From an uncultured Gemmatimonadales bacterium (GTDB taxonomy: Bacteria > Gemmatimonadota > Gemmatimonadetes > Gemmatimonadales > GWC2-71-9), in NCBI GenBank assembly GCA_963695555.1, contig CAVOGR010000001.1, forward strand, positions 832,001 through 896,000: DNA of 64,000 nucleotides, read 5' to 3'. The translations under genes and the position numbers were made by a program. This document shows, piece by piece, positions 49,705 through 60,273 of this stretch; positions within the stretch are counted from its first letter, which is position 1; each line of letters starts with the position of its first letter. Under the pieces are notes generated by a model. The model did not search any database and was not told the DNA's origin. It saw only the letters and a list, made by a program, of their open reading frames with translations.

Positions 49705-49923
49705 GGACCATGCTCCGGTCGGAGTCGACGCAATGGGGCTGGTTCCCTACGAGGTCGTCCTCGCACGGGATTCCCAAATGTCGCGCCGCGAGGAGGATTA
49801 GGGAACCTGTCCACAGGTCCACCAGCGAGGGTGCACACCCTCGTGCCTGCATGCGTGCGAAGGGTTCGCGTGCTCTCAGTTCGTGGTTTACCGTGTGATG
49901 TCCCAGCCACCGGTTCCTCCACC

Positions 49924-51462
49924 ATGCTTGCACGCGTCTTTTCCGCAGCCGTGCTCGGCATCGACGCCTATCTGGTCGACGTCGAGGCCGACATCTCGAA
50001 CGGGCTGCCGTCCTTCTCGACCGTCGGGCTTCCGCAGGGCGCGGTCAAGGAAGGCCGCGAGCGGGTAAGCGCGGCTTTGGGCAACGCGGGCTTTACCTTC
50101 CCGCTCAAGCGCACCACCATCAACCTGGCCCCGGCCGACATCCCGAAGCAGGGCTCGGCGTTCGATCTGCCCATCGCGCTCGGGATTCTCGCGGCGAGCG
50201 GCCAGGTCCCGCCCGACCTGCTCGAGCGTCACGCCTTCGTGGGCGAAGTGGGCCTCGAAGGCGGTCTCCGCCCCGTGCGAGGCGCCCTCTCCATGGCGCT
50301 GGCCGCCCGTGCGGCTGGCCTCAGCGGGATGGTGCTTCCGCTGGCGAACGCGGCCGAGGCCGCGGTGGTGGAGGGGTTCGAAGTGCGTGGGGCGCAGACC
50401 CTGCTCGAAGTATGCGGTTTTCTGACCGGGCAGCGCCCGCTGGTGCCGCACCGGGTCGATCTCGCGGCGCTCATGCGGGAGCGCGCCGCCGACACCGTCG
50501 ATTTCGCTGATGTCAAAGCCCAGCATGTCGCCAAGCGCGCGCTCGAGATAGCCGCAGCCGGCGGGCACAATATCCTGATGATCGGGCCGCCCGGGGCGGG
50601 GAAGACCATGTTGGCGCGCCGCCTCCCCACCATCCTGCCGACCATGTCGCTCGAAGAGGCGATCGAGACGACCAAAATCCACAGTGTCGCGGGCACGCTC
50701 CGGGCGGGCCACGCACTCTCGGCTGTGCGGCCGTTCCGGGCGCCGCATCACACCATCAGCGATGCCGGGCTCATCGGCGGCGGATCGCATCCGCGCCCGG
50801 GAGAGGTGAGCCTGGCCCACGGCGGCGTCTTGTTTCTGGATGAGCTGCCGGAGTTCAGGAAGAACGTGCTCGAGGTCATGCGGCAGCCCATGGAAGACGG
50901 CGTCGTGACGCTGAGCCGGGCTGCCATGAGCCTGACCTATCCCGCGCGGTTCATGCTCGCGGCTGCGATGAACCCGTGCCCGTGCGGGTATTACGGCGAC
51001 ACGACCCGCACCTGCCGCTGCGGGCCGATCGCGGTGGAGCGGTACTTGTCCCGTGTGTCGGGCCCGTTGCTCGACCGCATCGATATTCACCTTTCTGTGC
51101 CCGCCGTTGCCTATCAAGACCTCGCTGCCAAGCAATCCGGCGAGTTGAGTGTCGCAATCCGCGAGCGCGTGGAAGCGGCACGCCAACGGCAGCGCGAGCG
51201 GTTCCAGGGTCAGCAGGGCGTCCACGCCAATGCGCACATGACCCCGCGCGACCTCCGGCGCACCTGCCGGATCACCAGCGGCATCGACGCCCTGCTCAAG
51301 ACCGCCATCACCCGGCTCGGCCTCTCGGCCCGGGCCTATCATCGCGTGTTAAAAATTGCGCGGACCATTGCCGACTTGGCGGCGGTGCCGGAGCTCACGA
51401 CGGAGCACGTGAGCGAGGCCATTCAGTACCGGAGCCTGGATCGGGGCGTGGCGCGCGTGTGA
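49924..51462 (+). CDS. comM: YifB/ComM Mg-chelatase-like AAA ATPase
   Basis: NLAPADI.K.GS.FDLPIA, GPPGAGKT, PFRAPHHT, LFLDELPEF, NPCPCG, SARAYHR..K.ARTIAD. Confidence 0.94.
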   Translation: MLARVFSAAVLGIDAYLVDVEADISNGLPSFSTVGLPQGAVKEGRERVSAALGNAGFTFPLKRTTINLAPADIPKQGSAFDLPIALGILAASGQVPPDLLERHAFVGEVGLEGGLRPVRGALSMALAARAAGLSGMVLPLANAAEAAVVEGFEVRGAQTLLEVCGFLTGQRPLVPHRVDLAALMRERAADTVDFADVKAQHVAKRALEIAAAGGHNILMIGPPGAGKTMLARRLPTILPTMSLEEAIETTKIHSVAGTLRAGHALSAVRPFRAPHHTISDAGLIGGGSHPRPGEVSLAHGGVLFLDELPEFRKNVLEVMRQPMEDGVVTLSRAAMSLTYPARFMLAAAMNPCPCGYYGDTTRTCRCGPIAVERYLSRVSGPLLDRIDIHLSVPAVAYQDLAAKQSGELSVAIRERVEAARQRQRERFQGQQGVHANAHMTPRDLRRTCRITSGIDALLKTAITRLGLSARAYHRVLKIARTIADLAAVPELTTEHVSEAIQYRSLDRGVARV

Positions 51463-51716
51463 CGCGGGGAGGGAGGAGTGAGGAGTTGGAAGGACGGTGC
51501 GCTAGTCATCGCGGGGCTACCAGCCTCGAGCGGCGTCCCTTCGTGACTCCCTCGCTTGCCATCCTCCCGATTCGCCGGTAAATAGACTGTCGGACCCCGG
51601 GAGCTGCCCTGGCTCGCGGGCTCCGCCGTGACTCCCGTGATCGTCAGGCTCAGCTTGTCGGCCACGGGGTCGCGACATCCATGTTGGCACTCCGCTACGC
51701 GGTAGGAGAAGCGACA

Positions 51717-52205
51717 ATGAAACTTCGTAATCTGATGCTCGGCCTCACCTCGGCGCTCGTCCTCGCGGCCTGCACGCCCGAAGCCGCACCGGACACCTCA
51801 GCGGCCGACGAGGCGGCGATCCGGACCCTGGTAGGCGAGTTCGTGGCGGCGTGGAACACGGTGGACGACGCGACGTACGGTCCGATGATTGCCGAAGGCG
51901 CCATCCTGATGCAGCCGGACGGCCCGCCGACCCAGGGTCGTGACGCGATCCTCGCGATCATGGTCGAGGGATACGACCCCGCCATGAGCCAACAGACCGC
52001 CATGGTCGATGGAGTCATCCCGATGGGCGACTACGCCTACGCGTACGGCACCTGGAATATCGATCCGACGCCAGCTGCCGGAGCCGACGTCGTGGCCCGG
52101 AACGGCAAATGGTCCGTGCTGTACATGCGCGGGGCCGACGGTGCTTGGCAGACCTATCGCTGGATGTGGAATGAGGCCTCGCCGGCGGTCCCAGCCGGCG
52201 GGTGA
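51717..52205 (+). CDS. NTF2-like (SnoaL/DUF4440) lipoprotein
   Basis: AGGAG RBS; lipobox LAAC; DEAAIR..F.AAWN, GRDAI, GKW…DGAW. Confidence 0.85.
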   Translation: MKLRNLMLGLTSALVLAACTPEAAPDTSAADEAAIRTLVGEFVAAWNTVDDATYGPMIAEGAILMQPDGPPTQGRDAILAIMVEGYDPAMSQQTAMVDGVIPMGDYAYAYGTWNIDPTPAAGADVVARNGKWSVLYMRGADGAWQTYRWMWNEASPAVPAGG

Positions 52206-52217
52206 TGCTGAGCGGCA

Positions 52218-52418
52218 TCAGCCCTCGGCGTTGAAGTCGGACAGCACCTCTCGAGCGGACTCGAAGTCCTCGTCGTGCACCACGAGGACCGACGCCCCCT
52301 GGGCGGTCGTGCCGATCAGGTTCTCACCCTGCACCACGGACTCGATCCCGGCGGCCTCGAGGGCCGTATGAATCGAGTAGGCGAGGCTCAGCGACACGGT
52401 GCGGATCACTTCCTTCAT
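52218..52418 (-). CDS. DUF2007 putative signal-transducing protein
   Basis: ALEAAGIE..VQGE…VLV..EDFE.AREVL. Confidence 0.8.
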   Translation of the reverse strand: MKEVIRTVSLSLAYSIHTALEAAGIESVVQGENLIGTTAQGASVLVVHDEDFESAREVLSDFNAEG

Positions 52419-52524
52419 GATCCCACCATTCACCCGTCGGCCGGCAAAAGCAACCACGGCGGCGGTCAGCGGAACAGGTCCTCGCATCCAAGGGAGTAAG
52501 CCCAGGCTGCCTGCCCACCCACGC

Positions 52525-53097
52525 GTGCCAACGTCGGAGTTTCGCGCGCTCGATCTTCGGGCACACGAATTCCTGTCCGACGTGCCGCTCCATGACGTGT
52601 GGCGCATCCAGCTCCACCGTGGCAGTCCGGGCCTCACTGTACCGGACGTCCTCGACGCGTTCGTTGATGTGGCGCGCTCGGGGGCGGGTCCGGTGGCCCG
52701 GGCGCTCTTCGGCCTCCGCTCGATGTTGGGGCGAGCGTTCGGCTGGGACCGAGAGGTCGCGGACGCCGCCGCCCGATCTTACTTCAATCGCCTGTCCGAC
52801 GATGATCGCGCGCGATCGCTCGAGGCGCCGGGCTCGAAGCGCTTCTTCTGGACCACGCTCTACAGCTTCGAGCGCGAGGGGGTGGGCGAGGTCATCAACC
52901 AGACCGTCCACTCGTTTCTACTCTTTGCGCTGGTACCTTCTGCTGGCGGGCACATCCTGTATTGGGCCACATACGTAAAGCCGGTCAGCCGGTTCACATC
53001 GTTCTATATGGCGATGATCGATCCGTTCCGGCGGCTACTGATTTATCCGGCCCTCATCGGGCGGTTTGAGGAAATCTGGAACGCGGATATGGGCTAG
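52525..53097 (+). CDS. DUF2867 domain-containing protein (start uncertain)
   Basis: LFGLRSMLGRAFGWD, EVINQTVH, YM.MIDPFRRLLIYP. Confidence 0.75.
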   Translation: MPTSEFRALDLRAHEFLSDVPLHDVWRIQLHRGSPGLTVPDVLDAFVDVARSGAGPVARALFGLRSMLGRAFGWDREVADAAARSYFNRLSDDDRARSLEAPGSKRFFWTTLYSFEREGVGEVINQTVHSFLLFALVPSAGGHILYWATYVKPVSRFTSFYMAMIDPFRRLLIYPALIGRFEEIWNADMG

Positions 53098-54209
53098 TCG
53101 GTTGCCGTCCGAAAACGCCGGGCCGCAAACCAGAGCACTGTCGGCCCCATCACCAAGAGGGCCAGGTGTTGCGGCCAGAGTTCCGCCAAACCGGTGCCCT
53201 TCAAGAACACCCCTCGAATGATCTCCAGGTAGTGACGCAGCGGGTTGAGCAGCGTCAACCACTGGAACACCTCCGGCATGCTGCTCACCGGAAACATGAA
53301 CCCCGACAGGAGGATCGTCGGCATGAACAAGAGGAATGTGGCCATGAAGGCCTCTTGCTGGGTGTTCGAGATGGTCGAAATGAGGAGACCTGCACCCAGG
53401 GCCGGCAGGAGATAGAGCACGCTGCTCCCAACCAGGAGCGGTAGCGCTCCCCTGAACGGGATCCCAAACCAGAGGAGCGCCACGGTGGTGACGAAGGCGA
53501 GGTCGGCCAGGCCTATCAGTCCGAACGGGATGGTCTTCCCGGCGATCAGCTCCCCGGCGGAGAGCGGGCTCACCCGGAGCTGTTCCAAGGTGCCGATCTC
53601 CCGCTCCCGCACCACGGCGAGGGCCGTGAGCAGGAGGCACACCAGCGTGATGATGACGCCGATCACCGCCGGCACATTGTAGTTCCGGCTGGCCAGGTCG
53701 GGGTTGAACCAGGCCCGCTCGTCGAGCACGATGGTCTGGCTTGGATCGGCCGCCGTGACGCGGGCGCCGAATTGTTGCACGATCCGCTCGGCGTAGCCCC
53801 GGGCCAGCAGCGCCGTGTTGGAATTGGTGCCGTCGACCAGCACCTGGACTTTCGCGCTTCCACCGCTCTCGAGATCGGCGGTAAAGCCCCGCGGGATCAC
53901 CAGGCCGATCACCGCATCGCCATGATCGAGCGCCGAGACCACGTCGTGAGGACGAGCGGAGGCCTGGTCGATACGGAAATACCCGGACGCCGTGAATGCC
54001 TCGAGCAGCTCGCGGGAACGCTGGGTCCGGTCGTGATCCACTACCACCGTACTGGTGTGGCGGACGTCGGTCGACACGGCGTACCCGAATACGATGAGCT
54101 GGATCATCGGCGCCACAAAGATGACGCGCCGCATCCGCGGATCGCGGAAGATCTGGCGGAACTCCTTCCGCATCATCTCGAACACACGCTCCGCCCACCC
54201 GGGGCTCAC
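53094..54209 (-). CDS. ABC-2 type permease (YbhR-like)
   Basis: KEFRQIFRD, WFNPDL.S, VREREIGTLEQL, LSGFMFP..SMP. Confidence 0.92.
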   Translation of the reverse strand: MSPGWAERVFEMMRKEFRQIFRDPRMRRVIFVAPMIQLIVFGYAVSTDVRHTSTVVVDHDRTQRSRELLEAFTASGYFRIDQASARPHDVVSALDHGDAVIGLVIPRGFTADLESGGSAKVQVLVDGTNSNTALLARGYAERIVQQFGARVTAADPSQTIVLDERAWFNPDLASRNYNVPAVIGVIITLVCLLLTALAVVREREIGTLEQLRVSPLSAGELIAGKTIPFGLIGLADLAFVTTVALLWFGIPFRGALPLLVGSSVLYLLPALGAGLLISTISNTQQEAFMATFLLFMPTILLSGFMFPVSSMPEVFQWLTLLNPLRHYLEIIRGVFLKGTGLAELWPQHLALLVMGPTVLWFAARRFRTATD

Positions 54210-55324
54210 AGGATCCTCTTCTGGAAGACGCGGGTGGCCAACGACAAGCCCACGACGGCGAACGCGATCATCAGGAGACCCTGTACCCGGAGCACCTCCA
54301 CGCCGACACCCTTCAAGAAGATGCCGCGCGTGACCACCAGGAAATACCGCGCCGGCACCAGGTAGGTGATGGCTTGGAGCGGGGCCGGCATGACGGAAAT
54401 GGCGAACATGAAGCCGGACAGGAGAAACGCCGGCAGGAAGGTCGCGATCATGGCGAGCTGGGTCGCGAGCACTTGGCTCTTGGCCACGGCCGAGATGAAC
54501 ATCCCCAGCCCAAGCGCGCCGATCAGGAATGCGGTCGCCAGGATCATGAGCAGGGCGGCGTTGCCCCGGAACGGTACCCCGAACAAGAGGATGCCGAGCA
54601 CGGACACCACCACGACATCGATCAGGCCGATCGCGAGGTAGGGTAGGAGCTTCCCGATTACAACTTCCAATCGATGGACCGGTGTGGCGGCGAGCTGTTC
54701 CATCGTCCCGCGCTCCCACTCCCGCGCGATGGTAAGGGAGGTGAGCATGGCGGCGATGATCATCATGATCACCGCCACGAGACCCGGCACGATCATGTTC
54801 CGGCTGGACAGGTCCTCGTTATACCATACCCGGCTCTCGGTGGTCGCCGGCACGGAGCGCACCCGCCCTTCGAGCCGGAGGGCCGAGGAATAGGCCAGCG
54901 TCACCGCTTGGGTGTAGCCCAGGATGATGCCCGCCGTATTCGCATCGCTGCCGTCGACGATGGCCTGGAGTTTGGCCGGTCGGCCCGTGCGGATCGCGGC
55001 TGAGAAGTCGGGTGGAATCACCAACGCAAGTTGAATCGTGCTCCGGTCGAGCAGCGGGCCGATATCTCCGGGTCGCTCGAGGGAACGCGTCACGGTGAAG
55101 TAGCCCGACGAGCGAAAGGCGTCGATCAAATCGCGGCTTCGAGCTGATTGATCTTGATCCACCACCGCCGTCGCGATGTCATCCACATCCCACGTGATCG
55201 CGTAGCCGAAGAGGACGACGAGCAGCACGGGCAAGAGAAACGCGAGGGTCAGGCTCCGCGAATCGCGACGGAGTTGAATGATCTCCTTTCGCGCCACGGC
55301 GCCCAGACGACGCCGGCTCAGCAT
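54206..55324 (-). CDS. ABC-2 type permease (YbhS-like)
   Basis: KEIIQLRRD, AREWERGTMEQL, LSGFMF. Confidence 0.92.
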   Translation of the reverse strand: MLSRRRLGAVARKEIIQLRRDSRSLTLAFLLPVLLVVLFGYAITWDVDDIATAVVDQDQSARSRDLIDAFRSSGYFTVTRSLERPGDIGPLLDRSTIQLALVIPPDFSAAIRTGRPAKLQAIVDGSDANTAGIILGYTQAVTLAYSSALRLEGRVRSVPATTESRVWYNEDLSSRNMIVPGLVAVIMMIIAAMLTSLTIAREWERGTMEQLAATPVHRLEVVIGKLLPYLAIGLIDVVVVSVLGILLFGVPFRGNAALLMILATAFLIGALGLGMFISAVAKSQVLATQLAMIATFLPAFLLSGFMFAISVMPAPLQAITYLVPARYFLVVTRGIFLKGVGVEVLRVQGLLMIAFAVVGLSLATRVFQKRIL

Positions 55325-55348
55325 GGCACTCGCTCCACCCCGCCACGC

Positions 55349-56299
55349 CTACTCATCGGGGGCGCCTCCGGCGCGCCGGACCAGCGCCACGAACACGTCC
55401 TCGAGCGATGGTGTGATGTCGGCCATGCCGCCAACCTCGACGCCCGACTGCTTGAGCGCGGTCGCAATCGTTCTCCGCGCGGCGGTCGCATCGTCGACCG
55501 TCGCGTGGATCCGGCGGCCGAACATGGCCGCGTCGCGGATGCCGGGTGTGTTGCGGAGCGCTGCGACGGCCCGCGGGGCATCGTTGGTCTCGATGTCGAG
55601 CATCGGGACATGCAGCCCCTCACGCAGCGCGACGGGAGTGTCCAGCGCGATCAGCGCGCCGCGGTTCATCAGTGCCAGGCGGTGGCAGTACTCGGCTTCT
55701 TCCATGTAGTGGGTGGAAACGAAGACGGTCGTGCCGTCTCCCGCCAACTGGTAGATGAGATCCCAGAAGCGTCGCCGTGAGATCGGGTCGACTCCCGACG
55801 TCGGCTCGTCGAGGAACAACGTCGTCGGCTCGTGAATCACCGCGCATCCGAGCGCCAGTCGCTGTTTCCAGCCGAGCGGGAGCTGGCCGGTGAGCCGCCG
55901 CCGATGCGCGGTCAGGCCGGCGATGTCGAGCACCCAGTCCCGCCGTTCGAGGCGCCGCGTGCGGTCCACGCCGTAGAGCCCCGAGAAGAAGCGGATGTTT
56001 TCTTCCACCGTCAGGTCGGCGTACAGCGAAAACAGCTGCGACATGTAACCGATCTGGTGTTTGAGGCGATTCGCCTGGGTCGCGATGTCCAGTCCCGCGA
56101 CCGTGCCGCTTCCCTCGCTCGGGGTGAGGAGACCGGTCAGCATTTTGATGGTGGTCGTCTTGCCGGCGCCGTTCGGGCCGAGGAAGCCGAAGATCTCCCC
56201 TGGTCGTACGTCAAACGTGACGTGATCGACTGCGACGAAATCACCGAAGCGCTTGGTCAGTCCATCCACGCGAACAGCCGCACCTGGTTCCGGACTCAC
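55349..56299 (-). CDS. ABC ATP-binding protein (C-terminal-half YbhF-like)
   Basis: GPNGAGKTT, LPLGWKQRL, LDEPTSGVDP, STHYMEEAE. Confidence 0.93.
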   Translation of the reverse strand: MSPEPGAAVRVDGLTKRFGDFVAVDHVTFDVRPGEIFGFLGPNGAGKTTTIKMLTGLLTPSEGSGTVAGLDIATQANRLKHQIGYMSQLFSLYADLTVEENIRFFSGLYGVDRTRRLERRDWVLDIAGLTAHRRRLTGQLPLGWKQRLALGCAVIHEPTTLFLDEPTSGVDPISRRRFWDLIYQLAGDGTTVFVSTHYMEEAEYCHRLALMNRGALIALDTPVALREGLHVPMLDIETNDAPRAVAALRNTPGIRDAAMFGRRIHATVDDATAARRTIATALKQSGVEVGGMADITPSLEDVFVALVRRAGGAPDE

Positions 56300-57231
56300 G
56301 CCTCGCCCGCCCGTATGATCTGGTGAATGAAGACATCTTCCATCGATGCGTCGATGAGCGTGACATTCCCGACCGCAAAGCGTTCGTCGTCAAGCGCATT
56401 CGCAATCGCAGATGCACCGTCCGGGCCAGTCATTGTCACGTGAAGCCGATTGCCGAACACCGCAGCCCGCTCCACCTCCGCCACCGGCTGGAGCCGGTCG
56501 CGCGCCTCACGCAGGGGTTCCACATCCACGGCGTACACCCGACCGTCGAGTTCCTGCTGCATGTCGGTCGGCGTTGCTAAGGCCAATAGCCTCCCCTCGT
56601 TGAGCAGCGCCACCCGGTCGAAGCGCTCCGCCTCGTCCATGTAGGCGGTACTGACGATCACCGTGACGCCCTCCGCCACCATCTCGTGCACGATCAACCA
56701 GAGGTCGCGCCGGGAAATCGGGTCTACCCCGAACGTCGGCTCGTCCAACAACAGAATGGTCGGCTGGTGAATGAGGGCGCACGAGAGGCCGAGCTTTTGC
56801 TTCATCCCGCCGGACAGCTGCCCGGCGAGGCGCTCTGTAAACGGGCCGAGGTTTGAAAAGCGGAACAGCCGCTCCATCCGCGCGTCGCGCTCCGCCCGCG
56901 GGACTTCGTAGAGGTCGGCATAGAAGTGGAGGTTCTCGAGCACGGTGAGGTCGGTATAGAGGCCGAATCGCTGCGACATATAGGCGAGGCTCGGCTTCGC
57001 AGCCTCGGGATTCCGCGCGATGCTTATGCCGTTGACGATGGCGTCGCCCTCGCTCGGCAGGAGGACGCCGGCCAGCATACGCAGCGTCGTGGTCTTGCCG
57101 GCCCCGTCCGGACCGACCAGGCCGAACAGCTCGCCTCGCGCGACCGCGAAGCTGAGTCCGTCCACCGCCGTCACATCGCCGAAGCGGCGCGTGAGCCGCT
57201 CCAACGAGACCATCGCGTCCGCCGGAGTCAC
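56296..57231 (-). CDS. ABC ATP-binding protein (N-terminal-half YbhF-like)
   Basis: GPDGAGKTT, LSGGMKQKL, DEPTFGVDP, STAYMDEAE. Confidence 0.93.
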   Translation of the reverse strand: MTPADAMVSLERLTRRFGDVTAVDGLSFAVARGELFGLVGPDGAGKTTTLRMLAGVLLPSEGDAIVNGISIARNPEAAKPSLAYMSQRFGLYTDLTVLENLHFYADLYEVPRAERDARMERLFRFSNLGPFTERLAGQLSGGMKQKLGLSCALIHQPTILLLDEPTFGVDPISRRDLWLIVHEMVAEGVTVIVSTAYMDEAERFDRVALLNEGRLLALATPTDMQQELDGRVYAVDVEPLREARDRLQPVAEVERAAVFGNRLHVTMTGPDGASAIANALDDERFAVGNVTLIDASMEDVFIHQIIRAGEA

Positions 57232-58229
57232 GAGGGTTGATTCTCGAGCGCGAGGCGCACGTCCGCCGGCATGCCGGGCTTCAGCACCAGGGCCGAATCG
57301 CCGATGACGCGAACCTTGACGGCATACACCAGCCGCACGCGTTCCTCGCTGGTCTGTACGCTCTTCGGCGTGAACTCGGCCTCGCTCGCGATGTACATCA
57401 CCTCCCCGGCGAATTCCCGATCTGGGTAGGTGTCGGAGGTAATGGTGGCAGACGCGCCCAGCCCCACGGCACCGAGCCGGTTCTCGGGCACGTAGATGCG
57501 GACCCATCGGTCGCCGGGGTCCATGACCGTAATGACCGGGCTGCCTCCCGCGACGATCTCCCCTGGCTCCCGATGCTTGACCGTGACGATACCGTCGAAC
57601 GGTGCACGGATGGTCATGTTGGCGAGCCCGGCCTCGATGGCCTGAACCGCGGCCGCCGCCTGCGCCAGCCGGCCGCGTTGGGCCTGGATCTGTTCGCCTC
57701 TGGGCCCGGCTTCCATCAGCTGCAATTGCTCGGCGGCCCTGGTCCGTTCGCTCTCGGCAATGTCCAAGGCAATCTGGGCCCGATCGAACGCCTCCTGACT
57801 TACGGCCCCACCCTCGAGCAGGCGCCTGGTGCGGTCGAAGGCCTGCCTCGCGTCGTCGACCCGTCGGTTGGCCGCGTCGAGCGCCGCGCGAGCCTGGGCG
57901 ACTTCTTCCTGGCGGAACCCGCGCTCCAGCTCGCGGAGCAGGGCACGCGCGGACGAGACGCTCGCCTGAGCCTGGTCGAGACGAGCCTGCATCTCGAGGC
58001 GGTCCAGGTGCGCGAGCTCGGCACCGTGACGCACCGCATCGCCCTCACGAGCCATGATCGACTCGACACGTCCCGTGGCGGGGAAGCCGAGCCGGGCCTC
58101 GGTAGCCTCGACGGTGCCCGAGGCGATGAGGCTGTCGCCGGGCCCCTGGTTGCGAGACAGGATCCACCAGAGTGCCACGGCGAGGAGCACCACCAGCGCG
58201 ACGGGAATGAAACGTTTGGGGCCGGTCAT
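57228..58229 (-). CDS. HlyD/YbhG-like periplasmic adaptor
   Basis: ASGTVEA, APFDG, AEFTPKSVQT.EER..LVYAVK, LKPGMPAD. Confidence 0.92.
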   Translation of the reverse strand: MTGPKRFIPVALVVLLAVALWWILSRNQGPGDSLIASGTVEATEARLGFPATGRVESIMAREGDAVRHGAELAHLDRLEMQARLDQAQASVSSARALLRELERGFRQEEVAQARAALDAANRRVDDARQAFDRTRRLLEGGAVSQEAFDRAQIALDIAESERTRAAEQLQLMEAGPRGEQIQAQRGRLAQAAAAVQAIEAGLANMTIRAPFDGIVTVKHREPGEIVAGGSPVITVMDPGDRWVRIYVPENRLGAVGLGASATITSDTYPDREFAGEVMYIASEAEFTPKSVQTSEERVRLVYAVKVRVIGDSALVLKPGMPADVRLALENQPS

Positions 58230-59593
58230 GGTTCGATCTCCAAATTGGCCGAGAGCCAGGCCGGGCTGAGCTGGCCGGTAGCAAATGCGAAGGTCACCCG
58301 CGCGGTGAGGAGTCCGTACTGTGCTCCAGCGAGGTTTGCCCGCGCGTTCAGCAGGTCGGCCTCGGCCGTGAGGTAGTCGGTCTGGATGCCCGTGCCGGTG
58401 TCGAGCCGAAGCTTCTCCACTCGTGCGACCTCACGGAAACCGGCAACGGCGGCCATCAGGCTCACCACGCGTGCGCGGGTCTCCTCCACTCGGGACCAGG
58501 CGCGGTCGACCCGTTCGGCGGCATCGAACTCGGCGAGGCGAAGCTTTTCCGACGTGCCGGCCAAGCGCGCCTCCGCCTCGGACACTTGGTTGCTTATGGC
58601 TCCACCGGTGAAGATGGGATACGACAGCTGAACGCCGGCGTCCCACTCGCCGGTGAAGTTTCCCTGCGAGCTGCCGCGGTCGATATAGCGCCCAACCAAC
58701 GCCAGCGCCGGCCAGCGTGCCCCCTTGGCCACTCCGACGCCGGCCCGGGCGGCGGCGACGGTGCGACGCGCGCGCTCGACCGCAGGGCTCGACCCGAGTG
58801 CCAGGGTGTGACTCTCAGGACGGCTCGGCAGATCCGACTCGCGGAGGTCGACGGGCGAGAGCTCGTCTGGTGCAATCGAATCGGGCGGGCTGCCGATCAG
58901 CCGCGCGAGATTTCGAACCGTAAGGTCCAATTCCGCGGCCAACGACACCCGCACCGCAGTGGCTTCGGCCGCCGCCGCGTCCGCGCGCAAAACGGCGACT
59001 TCTGCACCCCGACCTGCGTCGAGGAACTGCGCGGCCCGACTCCGTTCGGTCACGAGGGCCCGAAGCCGCTCGTCGTGCGCGGCGAGCGTCTCACGCTGGG
59101 CCAGCGCTTGGGCGTAGGTCTGGACCACTGAGGCGATCAACTCCTGCTCGCTTCCGGCGACGGACGCCTGGGCCGCCCCGACCGCCTGCCGCGCGGCATT
59201 GATTCTGGCGCCACGCGCGCCGCCATCGAACAGGGTGAACGACAACGTGGCCGCGCCCTGGATCAGGGTCGCGTCGAACGGCGGGGTGGCACCGGGGGTA
59301 AAGCCGTGGATCGGTGTGACAATCATCGGCTCCTCGAACCGGGTCGCCGAGGCGGTGAGGTAGAGGGCAGGGAACCAACTGGCCTTGGCTTGGCCCAGGC
59401 TGCTCGTGGCCGCGTCGTATCCCGCTCTGGCCGCCCCAACGGTCGGAAACACGGCGAGCGCCCGCTCGACGGCCGTCATGAGCGTCAGTCGGTTGGGAGC
59501 GGTGGCGGCTTGGGCCTCGAGGTCCCACCCGGGCCCTGGCCGCACCAGGAGCACCGCCGCAAATGCGGCACTCGCGTGGAGCCGAATGGTCAT
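58226..59593 (-). CDS. TolC family protein
   Basis: Signal peptide, two OEP repeats, G.G..TDYL.AEA. Confidence 0.9.
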   Translation of the reverse strand: MTIRLHASAAFAAVLLVRPGPGWDLEAQAATAPNRLTLMTAVERALAVFPTVGAARAGYDAATSSLGQAKASWFPALYLTASATRFEEPMIVTPIHGFTPGATPPFDATLIQGAATLSFTLFDGGARGARINAARQAVGAAQASVAGSEQELIASVVQTYAQALAQRETLAAHDERLRALVTERSRAAQFLDAGRGAEVAVLRADAAAAEATAVRVSLAAELDLTVRNLARLIGSPPDSIAPDELSPVDLRESDLPSRPESHTLALGSSPAVERARRTVAAARAGVGVAKGARWPALALVGRYIDRGSSQGNFTGEWDAGVQLSYPIFTGGAISNQVSEAEARLAGTSEKLRLAEFDAAERVDRAWSRVEETRARVVSLMAAVAGFREVARVEKLRLDTGTGIQTDYLTAEADLLNARANLAGAQYGLLTARVTFAFATGQLSPAWLSANLEIEP

Positions 59594-60249
59594 GGCGAAC
59601 CTCCACGTCCTCCGCCGAGCGCGCGGCGCAGCACGGTGAGCATGCTCACGGCGCGTTGGCGCAGGGGATACGCCCGTTGCGACATGACGTACCTGAGGGC
59701 GGACGATTGGATGATGGCGATGGCGAGGTCGGCCAGGTTGTCCGGGTCGACGCCCGGTGGGCTGCCGGCCTCGCTCACCGCCTCGGAGAAGAGCGCGCGA
59801 AACGTGTCACGGACCAGCTGGACCGTGGCGAGTATATCCTGCCGGATCTCCGGTGAGACGCGGATGACCTGCCCGGTCAGGATGACGATCGGCCCGCCCC
59901 CGGTCGCCGCGAAGTAGTCGACGATCGTGAGCAGCAAGCCCTCCGCACGGTTCCAGGCGTCGCCCGCGCCGTGATAGTTCCGGACCAGTTCCCTGGCGGC
60001 TTCGGCCTCGCGTTGGACGGCGGCGGAGAGGATTTCCTCCTTATTGGCGAAGTGTCGGAACAGGGTCGGCTCCGACACCCCCACTCGGCGTGCCAGTTCG
60101 GCGGTCTTCCAGGCCGCGAGTCCTTGTTCGGCGATGATGGCGATGGTGGCGTCGACGATTTGCCGGCGCCGCTCCGGGCGGGAGCGGTATGGTCGGGTCC
60201 GGGTGGGGTGGCGCGGTGCCGGGGTGCCGGATTCGGGAGAGATATCCAC
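59590..60249 (-). CDS. TetR/AcrR family transcriptional regulator
   Basis: RRRQIVDA..EQG…ELARRVGVSEPTLFRHFANKEEI. Confidence 0.93.
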   Translation of the reverse strand: MDISPESGTPAPRHPTRTRPYRSRPERRRQIVDATIAIIAEQGLAAWKTAELARRVGVSEPTLFRHFANKEEILSAAVQREAEAARELVRNYHGAGDAWNRAEGLLLTIVDYFAATGGGPIVILTGQVIRVSPEIRQDILATVQLVRDTFRALFSEAVSEAGSPPGVDPDNLADLAIAIIQSSALRYVMSQRAYPLRQRAVSMLTVLRRALGGGRGGSP

Positions 60250-60273
60250 GGATTCTGCTCCTAGGCTGGTACA

